Assembly: GCF_018350175.1 (NCBI RefSeq) | Contig: NC_058368.1 | Coordinates: 171,432,001 to 171,496,000, forward strand | From: Felis catus | Lineage: Eukaryota | Direction of reading: 5' to 3' | DNA: 64,000 nt | Part shown: piece by piece, positions 1 through 9,034 of the stretch | Layout of the letters: every line of letters begins with the position of its first letter | How positions within the stretch are numbered: the first letter of the stretch is position 1 | The notes under the pieces: generated by a model | Databases searched by the model: none | What the model was told of the DNA's origin: nothing | The model's input: only the letters and a program-made list of their open reading frames with translations | Position numbers and translations under genes: made by a program

Positions 1-365
1 ACACTATACTTTGCCTTATGCATCTCTTCCATTTGGCTGTTTCTGAGTTGTAGCCTCTATAATACACTGGTAATAGTAAGCAAAGTGTTTTCCTGAGTAT
101 GTGAGTCCTTGTAGTGAATTACCAAACCTGAGGTGGGGGAAGGGTCATGTTAACCCCCATATTTTTGGTTGGGCAAAAGTGTGAGTAGCCTGACCATCCC
201 ATTGCAGCTGGCAAATGAAATGAGGGCAGTCTTGCAGGAGTAAGCTCTTAACCTGTAGGGTCTGATGCTAACTCAAGGGAATTAGTATCAGAGTTTAAGT
301 GAATTAGACACCCAGTTGGTGTCAAACAACCAAAGAATCGGTTGGTATGAGGGAAAAAACTCAGA
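1..365 (+). mobile_element. MER21-like (ERVL-class) LTR, partial
   Basis: Resembles recalled MER21 consensus: tttcctgagt..tgtgag...accaaacctgagg...gggcagtcttg...cttaacctgtagggtctg...gacacccagttggtgtc. Confidence 0.65.
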
Positions 366-550
366 ATAATGAACAACTTCCTGCTAACAAACTTGAAAAG
401 AGACATTTTCCTAGGAAAGATGTTTGGAAGTCATTCCAAACATGACTAAAGAAGAAAAAACCTGAATGGTCCTATAACCATTAAAGAAATTCAATCAGTA
501 GTTAAAATTTTTCCCATAAAGAAAATACTAGGCCCAGATAGTCTTAAAAG
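366..550 (+). mobile_element. Old L1 ORF2 fragment (continues near 1130-1195)
   Basis: aacctgaatggtcctataaccattaaagaaatt...ctaggcccagata resembles the L1 ORF2 region. Confidence 0.6.
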
Positions 551-657
551 CCTGTGGCTTATGTTTAAGGCACCTGGGTGGCTCAGTCATTAAGCATCTG
601 ATTCCAGCACAGAATCAGATTTTTTTTTTATTTTTAAAATTAAAAAAAATTAATTCT

Positions 658-1125
658 GGGTGTATCTGGGTGGCTCAGTCCGTTGAACATCTGACTCTTT
701 TTTTTTAATTTTTTTTTCAACGTTTATTTATTTTTGGGACAGAGAGAGACAGAGCATGAACGGGGGAGGGGCAGAGAGAGAGGGAGACACAGAATCGGAA
801 ACAGGCTCCAGGCTCTGAGCCATCAGCCCAGAGCCTGATACGGGGCTCGAACTCACGGACCGTGAGATCGTGACCTGGCTGAAGTCAGACGCTTAACCGA
901 CTGTGCCACCCAGGAGCCCCGAACATCTGACTCTTAATTTCGGCTCAGGTCATGATGTCGAGGTTCATGAGATTAAGCCCCATATCTGCCTCTGCACTGA
1001 CAGCGTGGAACCTGTTTGGGATTCACTCCTTCTCTCTGCCCCTCCCCTGCTAGAGTGCGTGCTCTCTCTCTCTCTCTTTCTCTCTCTCCCCCCCCCCAAA
1101 ATATAAATAAATAAACAGTTTAAAA
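658..1125 (+). mobile_element. Older Can-SINE interrupted by a young antisense SINEC_Fc (700-920)
   Basis: tRNA-like head, (CT)n and A-tail; inner element flanked by TSD gaacatctgactctt (685-699 and 921-935). Confidence 0.9.
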
Positions 1126-1892
1126 AGTTAATCCTGACATTATATTAAATTTTTTGGAGAAGAGGAAAATTTCTCCAAGTAAATTTATAAAGCCATTACA
1201 GGCATATTCCACAAAACATTTCCCTGATGGATGTTTTCCCAGTAAATTCCCTCCTGTATTTAATTCTCCAACGCCGTACAACGTATATATCTCTCAAACT
1301 AACATGTCAACTGATATTTATGTAGGAAATGCTTTATTTAGCACCCCAAAACTCAATACATTTTTACCACCACCAACAACAACAAAGGTATAGGAAATGC
1401 CTTGAGTTACATTACAAACGTTGGTAAGATGTCCACACCGTGTCAGCAAATCAAAAGCATACTGAATATCAAAGAAGGGGATCACAAATGCTACTGGTGA
1501 TAAAAGAAGCATTAAAATATCATCCTCATTGTGAATCATTCTCTGTCACATTCCCACAGTGTCTTTTGTATTTCATATTGCCCTTTTCCCCATGGTTTTA
1601 TAGAATAAGAACCAAAAATGTTGACAAAGCATTAAAGAACTTAATGGAGAAGGAAGAAAGAAAAGCAGAAAAGTAGTAACAATGAAAGAGAGGCTGTTAC
1701 TGCTGACAAAGCAACTATTTATTAACAACTATATTGTTTAGTGATTCAGGAAGCAAAGTTATGAATATTTACATCCTAATGCTATACTTTGCTATTTAAT
1801 GGAGGTTTGCTTACCATGTTTTAGTTATATTTTAGGAAATTGATTTGGGTTAACAAGCCACCCATTATAATTTTACCATTTAAAATAAAAAT

Positions 1893-2110
1893 AGGGGCAC
1901 TAGGTGGCTCAGTCAGTTGAGCATGTGACTCATGATTTCAGCTCAGGTCCTCATTTCGAGGTTTGTGAGTTCAAGCCCCACATCAGGCTCCATGCTGAGT
2001 GTGGAGCCTGCTTGAGATTCTCTCTCTCCCTCTTTCTCTAGCCCTCCCCCACTTGTGCACATGCTCATGTACTCTATTTTCTCTCTCAAAATAAACTTTA
2101 AAAAAAAAAT
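1893..2110 (+). mobile_element. Can-SINE
   Basis: ggggcac..gtggctcagtcagttgagc head, CT-rich body, A tail. Confidence 0.85.
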
Positions 2111-2404
2111 AATGAGAAAGAGATAAAGCTTTTGCAGATGATGTGATTTTTTAGAAGAAAACCCAAAGAAATATGCAAATGACTTTAAATTATAAAAAGT
2201 ATTCAAATTATTTAATATCTGTTGGATGTTAATTTGGATCTATAGCACCCACCATAAACAAACATCAACCTCATATCGTTAGAATGAAATGTGCATAGTT
2301 CATCTGCAAAACTGTACTTATGCTCCTGATGAAAAAATTGGAGTGGGACAAGGAGGGGGATAAGAAAAACAGCTCACTTCTCACTCTCTGCCCCTTACAG
2401 GGAG

Positions 2405-2910
2405 TTTGTTTGGTTGGTTTGTTTTGCTGCCATAACAAATTAATACAAATTTAGCAGCTTAAAACAACACAAATTTATTATCACACCTCTGTCGACAGAA
2501 ATCTGGCATGAGCCTCATTGGCTAAAATCAAGGAATCAGCAGGGTTGTGCTCTTTTCTGGAGACTCCAGGAAGGAACCTGTTTCCATGCTCATTCAGGTT
2601 GTTGACAGAAGTCAGTTTCCTGCAGTTGTAGAAATGAAGTCCCTGGTCCTTGCTGTCACCTGAGGGCCATTACCAGCTTCTAGAGCTGAAACTGTATTCT
2701 TTGACCTCAAAGATCTTCCTCCAGTTTCAAAGCTAGCAATGGAAGGTTGAGTCCCTCTCCTGCCTTCTCTTCGGCCACATCTCTAATTCCCCTGCCTTCT
2801 TCTTTGATTTTTATCTCATCTCATGGTCCCTAACATTAATCACATATTCACAGGTTCAGGAGAGGAGGATGTGGAACATTTGGTGGACCATGATTCTGCC
2901 TACCCCACAA
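2405..2910 (-). mobile_element. MLT1-type (ERVL-MaLR) solo LTR
   Basis: gctgccataacaaatt...gcttaaaacaacacaaatttattatc...ggctaaaatcaagg...ttctggagactccagg...ttctgcctacc are hallmark MLT1 antisense motifs. Confidence 0.75.
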
Positions 2911-3369
2911 GGAAACCCAGCTTCTTCCATGTTTGCACTATCGCTACCTGTAGCTTGTACATCCTTATAATAATGCCTCAGCCCCAGCAGGCAAGGGTGG
3001 TGGGAAAACTAGGTAGAAAACATCCTCTATATTTTTCTTGTGTCCTTGCTGCTGGCCTTGGCTTAATTATTGGATTTTCTTTATCAGGCTGTGTGAGGTT
3101 GAAGCAGACAGGAAGATGAAGAATTTAGAATTGATTTCCTGACAACACTAATCCAGTAACTGGAACAAATGCCTCCCCTCTTTCTACTCTTGAAACCATC
3201 CAGAGTTTGGGAAAGAGATATAAAGGGGACAACAGGAAAGAGGAAGGCAGGAGCAAAAATGTCAAGCCATTAAAAGACAAACATAAGCATATTTGTCCTT
3301 TCCTTAAGAACTCAACCCAAGAAGATTCCATACCTGGGGTGGTGATAAATGAGAGGAAGAGCTAAGCTC

Positions 3370-3580
3370 CTAAGAGTCATTTGTTGGGTGTTACGATGTA
3401 TTACGCAGTGCTAGATGATTCCACAAGCCTTTCTTAATTCTTTAAACTAACATGTGGTTCACGGGTATAGTTATTATCCTGTAAATGAGGAACCTTGGGG
3501 CTCAGAGAGGTGGTCATTTACTTGAGAGAACAAATGTCAGAGCTGGATGTAAACCTAGGTCCGGGGGCTGCTCCAGCTCA
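3370..3580 (-). mobile_element. MIR-like SINE remnant
   Basis: ttattatcctgtaaatgaggaaccttggggctcagagagg core-like segment. Confidence 0.5.
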
Positions 3581-4239
3581 AGGGAAGTTCCTCTCTCCTT
3601 GACTTCCCCTAGCAAGAAGGCAAGCTTGAGATTTGTTATGAACACTACACTGTTCCCTTCAACGTCTTGAAATTATAGAGGTATCCTCCTTCCCCAACCT
3701 TTCCCTCCCCCAGATGTTAGTGACTTCCTAATGAAGGTCTCAGTTATTTCCTTTCTTGTGATCATTACACATTACTCCTTCTGTATGTCCCCATTGTCTG
3801 AGTTGATGTTACCATTCAGGCTAGTACTTATGTAATGACCACTGGGCTGTGAGCTTGAATTTTCTTTTTCTTTTCTCCTTTTCTCTCCCTCTCTCTCAGA
3901 AGATTCAAAGAAACAAGGAAAGGTGCTGGCATGTGGTCTCTGGATAAGTCTCCGCTAGGACTTATAGGAGCAAGGAAACCCCCTTGCTATCACACAGCAG
4001 GGTTTACTGCAGTCTCTATCCCTTCAATGAGTATGGTTATCAAGCAAAAAGCCAATTAGCAACCTCTGCTTTACTTCTGTGGTAATAATTAATCAACTCT
4101 AGAATTTCAGCCTAAAATCCCAACTCCTACCGCAAGTACAAAGCCTTATATGATTTGCTCCTACCTGTATCTTCCGCTGCGTCTTATGCCACTCTGTACT
4201 CCTCAGGCACCTGCAGCCACACTGGCCAAGGCCTGCTTC

Positions 4240-4492
4240 TCAGCACTCAGCACTGGAAATGTGACTAGTCTCAACTGAAATGCGCTGGAAGTATAAAATA
4301 TACACCAGACTTTTAAGCAAAATATATCACTAATATATATCACTAATCACTAATGATTTTATATTGATTACATGTTGGGTTACAATGGAAACTAATTTAA
4401 TTTGTTCCTTTTTATTTTTTTATTTTTTGTAGCAATTTGAACATTTAAAATGAATTCGTGGTCCGCAGTGTATTTCTATGGGACAGTGCTGC
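4240..4492. mobile_element. MER33-like hAT-Charlie MITE
   Basis: aaatgtgactagtc..aactgaaatgcgctg..agtataaaatatacaccagac ... tatttctatgggacagtgctg terminus. Confidence 0.6.
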
Positions 4493-4749
4493 TCTACCAC
4501 ATTACCTTCTTTTGTTTCCCTACTTAACACACTGTCTGGACCTACAGTGTCCATGTTATCTGTTTAGTACCTTTCTCGCCCAACCAGGACGTAAGGCAGG
4601 AACACTGTCCTCATTCACACCTGATTCCCAGGCATTTAGGACAGAGCCTGAAGCTTCCTAAGTACGCTACAAATAGTCTTTGAAGGAAACGCCTTACTCT
4701 TCCTCAGCTGGAGACTAAAGAACTCGAGATCTCAAGTCCTCTGAGCTAC

Positions 4750-5360
4750 ACCCGTGGCTCAGAGCGGACCACATGCTCCCGACCCTGGGAAAGAGGGAGG
4801 TGGATGCACAACCAGACAGGAAAAAAGCCTTCCGGAAGGTAGCACCGGTCGCACAACGCAGAAACGAGGCGGCGACCCCAAGCCCCTTCGCCCTCTTTCC
4901 TCCTGGAGCCCCGCCCCACGGCCAATCATTGGGCACTTAGCCCTCGCGCCACATTGCGGCGTCTCGCGAGGGCGCAGCGGCCAGTGGTACAGCCCATTCC
5001 CCCCGCGCTCCCCGGACAGTGGGTCCTTCCAGTCGTAGAAAAGCATTGTGGGAGGAGACCCCGGCCTTTTCTGCTTTTGCGCTCCGGGGTAGGGGAGGTG
5101 TTTCGCGCTTTCCGGTATGGCGGGGTTGGGGGACGCGGGGTATCTCGGTTTCCGAAGGGCTCAGGCGCTGAGCAGGGACGCGCGGCCGCCCTGAGGGCGA
5201 TGGGATATGGTTCGCCGCTGTGCCGGGCCCGAGGATCCCGTGCCGTGAGTCAGTGGAGGGAAGCGGCCCGGCCTGGTCTCCGCCACGTTGTCCGTGGACC
5301 TCAGAAGACCCCAACGCGGCCCCCAGGCTGCGTTCCCACTCCAGGAAGTGGAAGATGGAC
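4750..5360 (+). promoter_or_regulatory. CpG-island promoter of EPB41L4A-AS1
   Basis: Only strongly CpG-rich stretch in the window. Palindromic ETS site CCTTCCGGAAGG (4828-4839), GC box near 4909, paired CCAAT boxes CCAATCATTGG (4922-4932), TCTCGCGAG motif (4962-4970), TCT initiator at 5065, CAGGAAGTG near 5342. Confidence 0.85.
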
Positions 5361-5812
5361 TTGAGTGCATTTGAGTTTATTGGACACGTACTGTGTGTCA
5401 GGGAATTTTTAATAGAAACAGATTTCTCGTGAAAGAGAAAGGCCTCACCCTGTAACTGCATGTATGCCTACCATATCCCATTTGAGATCAAGTCTACATA
5501 GGAGTAAAGTGCCGTTTAAGGTTTACATCTCGATATTTGTTTCAAGATAGAGAACTTGGCGAATGAGCGGCAGCAGCTTCGCAGGTGAGTTTGCATTTAG
5601 TGCAAGGAGGAACCAGTTGCATCCCAGCTTTTGAAGGTTTTAACCACTTAAAACGCTTTCTACTGCAGTTCTTGTTAACCTAGTCGGGTTTGAATTGTAC
5701 AAGAAAATCTACAGCTGGTATTAATCACCTTTGAGCTCATCCACAGAACAGTACATTATGGGGTCAGCAACTTTGTGCCATAGATAGAGCAGTCCTTGGG
5801 TAGGTTTCTCGT

Positions 5813-5946
5813 AGCCTTTGTGTTGCCCGTTCACTTTTGGAAACTAGTGAATGTGGTGTCAAAAAAGGCGTAAACTAAACACTTTGCAGCCTTTTCCTGC
5901 CCTTGAATTTGGTATCTTTGGCGTAGGAGCTGCACAAGTAACAGTT
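5813..5946 (+). ncRNA. SNORA13: H/ACA box snoRNA SNORA13 (ACA13), pseudouridylation guide for 18S rRNA U1248
   Basis: AGCCTTTGTGTTGCCCGTTCACTTTTGGAAACTAGTGAATGTGGTGTCAAAAAAGGCG... closely matches SNORA13 as I recall it. Two hairpins, H box AAACTA (5872-5877), ACA at 5941-5943 three nt from the end. Pocket strands GUGUUG/GUCA complement the 18S UGAC-U-CAACAC site. Confidence 0.93.
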
Positions 5947-6597
5947 TATGCTTTTACATTAGTTGACACGTGTGATCTTGAGTCTTAAGCGTATAGTTTC
6001 TCTTAAGCAGTTTTTAACTACATTTTGTTCAGGTGAAAGACGGATGCTTGAAGCATATCCTGCTGCTAGCTGAATTCTGTCCTGGGGCACCAAGGGTGAC
6101 CTAAGGTAGGATGATGGTGTTGTAGTGCTGTCTTAAAACAGTTATTTGTAATGCAAACTTCTAGGTTGGGTTGCTTTAATGGGTATTAAATTAGTACTGC
6201 AACGTGTAAAGAAGGTGAAGTTAACGGCAAATAGGAAAGCCTGTTCCCAGCTTAGTTTCGGAATTTTAAAATACGTGTTTCTTTGTGTAGTAACTAAATT
6301 TCCAACACTTGCCAAATCTCAGGTTTTATGTGGACGTTTAAAGCTGAGTCCAAAATGCAATTCAGAAGGATATACTGAGTTTTATTATGAAGCTTTTAAT
6401 GTTTGATGCACGTGAATATATGTCAAATTCAGTGCTTTATTTTGTCTTTTAGGATGTCCTTGATGAATTCAAAACCATCACAGGAAATCTTGACAAGAGT
6501 TGCTTGGATCATTTAAAATTCCCAGGAGTCTGAGGGGGTACTAAAACAACTGTTTTGGAACTGTCCATAAATCTACCTTTAAAATAGTGGGGCTATG

Positions 6598-6603
6598 AAT
6601 AAA
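6598..6603 (+). terminator. Poly(A) signal of EPB41L4A-AS1
   Basis: AATAAA about 145 nt into the predicted terminal exon, with downstream gtttgtgt. Confidence 0.7.
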
Positions 6604-6855
6604 TATTTCCTTGTGCTTCTTGGAGGTTTGTGTATTAATTAACTGCCAGCAAATAGCATTCTTTTGAAAGATCAAAGGGAAAGGGAGGGTTTCTATCCTC
6701 CCCGCCCCTGGAACTTGAGAATGGTTTAATCTCAGCTAAGATTGATATTCAGAGCTACCAGTTATGGAGAACTAAGTGCTTGCTTTCAGTGCCTGGCCTG
6801 GTGAACTAGAGTAGTTGGTTTTTAGGTCACAGGTGTGTTTTACATTGTCACTGCA

Positions 6856-6887
<32 letters not shown>

Positions 6888-6914
6888 CCACCTCAACTTT
6901 GTAGGAAAGAACAA

Positions 6915-8899
6915 ATAGTCTTTGGGCATTGAAACATTTATTGAGTTTTTCAGTAACGTACTCGGAGGTGGGAACACAAGGGTGAGCAAAACACAGTCCC
7001 TCCCTTTGGAAGCTTAGAGTTGAATGGCAGAAATATCATCACAGATACGAAACTGCCTTTGTGAGACAAGTCTCATTCATGAGTTGACCAAGGAAACCTG
7101 AGAAAGCAGTTGAGATTAAGGGCAGTTATCATTTTTGCAAGGCAAAGTTGGGAATGGCATATGCAGAGGCCTTGGCCTAGGAAAGATACAGGTTTGTGAC
7201 AGTTGTCGTTACTTTCCGTCTTAAGCGTCCTGATTTAGATAAGAGTTGAGTGCTTAATGAGGCTTGAAGGTGGCTATTACGGGAGCCCATGGGTGTTACA
7301 AAATGAGCCTGAGCAGGTAAAACAACGGACCACATAGGGCTCTGTTTAAAGCAAGGGGAAATTTTATAGTTGTCATGTGTAAAAAAGGAGATGCAGGTGG
7401 GCCAGTTGTTGAAGCAAGAGAGGACCACCTTGGACCAGGGTGGTAGCAAAATTTGGAGATCATTAAGCTATAGAGAGCAGAGCTAACAGGACTTGGTAAT
7501 AGGGGAGGTGTCTAATGATTGCTATGTGTGTAGTTTTGCACATTCACATGGTAGTGGTCCTGAATCCAGGGAGCAGCATTTTAAACTGTTGAACTGGGAT
7601 TGCCTTTGAAAAATCTAAGTGGCCTGGCAGAAAGACTAAGCTATGGAAATAAACCTTAAGGCTATGGGCATAAATGAGATCCACCTGGGGTAGAGGAAGA
7701 GGACTAAGCTCTGGGAAACTAATTGATGAGGTAGAATAGCATCTTACTGAAGAGCAGTAAAAGATGGTCAGAACAGTGCAAACAATGAAATACTGCACTA
7801 AAAATATGGCAGGGCAGCCTAAAGTTACCTTTGGGATTTGGTGACAGGTGATTTTAGCGTAAGGTGTGTAGTGGAGGAGGATCTTAACAGTTTACAGTCG
7901 GGATTAGAAGAATTGACACCAGCTGCAGATAATCCTTTTGAGAAATTTGGAATGGGAGAGGAAAATAGTAGCTGGAGAGGGATTTGTGGTTGGAAAAGTT
8001 GGTTGGCTTTTATTTTCCTTTTTTTAGATGGGAGAGTTAATAGTTTAAAACCAAATGGCAAGGATCTAGCTGACAGGAAGTGGACAGGGACAAGAAGGCT
8101 GAAGGAGAGTGGGTTCCAAAACACAGGTGCAGGGACAGGAGGAAAGGAAGGATTAGTGTTGATGACAGCTGGAAAGTTTGTGGGTAGGGAGATAATGTCC
8201 TGCAGGAGTATCAGTGGCAAAGTCATCCTCAGATGAACTCCTCTTTGGGGGTGGGAGTTAAGATAGCCAGGCAGGATGGAGAGACCATTTGAGGTTGGGT
8301 TTCATGAATTTATAAACGGAGGTCAACTGAAATCTACACATAGCATTTTCTTTTTTTTTTTTTTGAAAACACAAGGACACTAGAAATTCAAAGCAACACT
8401 TAAAAAGCTTTTTACATTTGTAAATAACCAGTGGGACTTAATGCCACAAAATACAGTATTACAAAGAACATTTATATGAATAAAAACTTCAGTCTGAAAG
8501 TGAGATCTCAGTCTTCATACATCTGTGCACAGGCTGAGATCCACCTAGAGTTGGGAAGAACCTTTTTGTCCACTTCGTGTACCTAGCTAGGCAGCTGCAC
8601 ACTAGGATTCCAGACCTTTGATCAGAACCACCTGATCTTGGTTGTGGACACAAGATAACTGGAGTTTCCAGGAAGGAAAATAGGGCATCAAGGCATGAGT
8701 TTTCTCAGCCCTTCTTTGAGTTGCCAAATAAAAAGGCCCTTCAGCACAAATACACTGTTAAACATTTAGAAGATGCAACAGACTCCCATTTTTTTTCTGA
8801 AGAAACACTTTCTGCAGGTCCAAGATATTTGAATAATTCACAGTTTGAAAGTAAAGGTGGCACACACACACACCCTTCCCACCCCTATTCTCCGGCCCT
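6915..8899 (-). other. EPB41L4A: Probable EPB41L4A 3' UTR (3' end uncertain)
   Basis: Follows the stop codon; AU-rich unique sequence to about 8350, then L2-like sequence. Minus-strand AATAAA at 6942-6937 is the candidate poly(A) signal; another lies near 8010 and a TATAAA variant near 8471. Confidence 0.55.
6930..8300 (-). mobile_element. L2 LINE remnants within the probable EPB41L4A 3' UTR
   Basis: aaacatttattgag start and purine-rich antisense L2-like sequence. Confidence 0.55.
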
Positions 8900-9034
8900 T
8901 CACTGGATCAAGTCCATCTTGAGGCGTGAAGCTTGGACAGTTTTCACTGTTTTTGCTATGTGTTTTCCAGTCAGATTGCTTGTAGATGTCTGAGATTTTT
9001 CTTCAATCAGGCTATCTTTAGATCCATTTCTTCT
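8900..9034 (-). CDS. EPB41L4A: EPB41L4A terminal coding exon ([44 protein letters not shown])
   Basis: ttttcttctag|AGAAGAAAT...ATCCAGTGA; stop TGA at 8902-8900. Confidence 0.93.
   Translation of the reverse strand, partial: RRNGSKDSLIEEKSQTSTSNLTGKHIAKTVKTVQASRLKMDLIQ

Larger units (their letters stand above)
5066..6625 (+). ncRNA. EPB41L4A-AS1: EPB41L4A-AS1 orthologue, spliced snoRNA host lncRNA
   Basis: Starts at a TCT/5'TOP motif (CCTTTTCT 5065-5072). Candidate donors at 5089 (gtaggg) and 5245 (gtgagt). Short exons 5547-5584 (tttcaag|...gcag|gtgagt), 6033-6105 (gttcag|...taag|gtagga) and a terminal exon from 6453 (tcttttag|) with AATAAA at 6598-6603 followed by a GT-rich tract. Contains intronic SNORA13 and converges on EPB41L4A. 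Exon structure is predicted from splice signals only. Confidence 0.8.

Noticed and set aside
4715..5461. Cluster of long overlapping ORFs (up to 174 aa) on both strands
   Set aside because: Expected from stop-codon depletion in a GC-rich CpG island; no recognisable protein, and the frames cross predicted splice sites.
5433..5530. AGAGAA (H-box-like) ... ACA-tct segment as another H/ACA snoRNA
   Set aside because: No convincing two-hairpin fold, and it ends about 16 nt from the 3' splice site, overlapping the branch region.
7825..8236. Opposed 133-aa and 132-aa ORFs
   Set aside because: Lie in decayed L2-like sequence within the probable 3' UTR; no recognisable domain.
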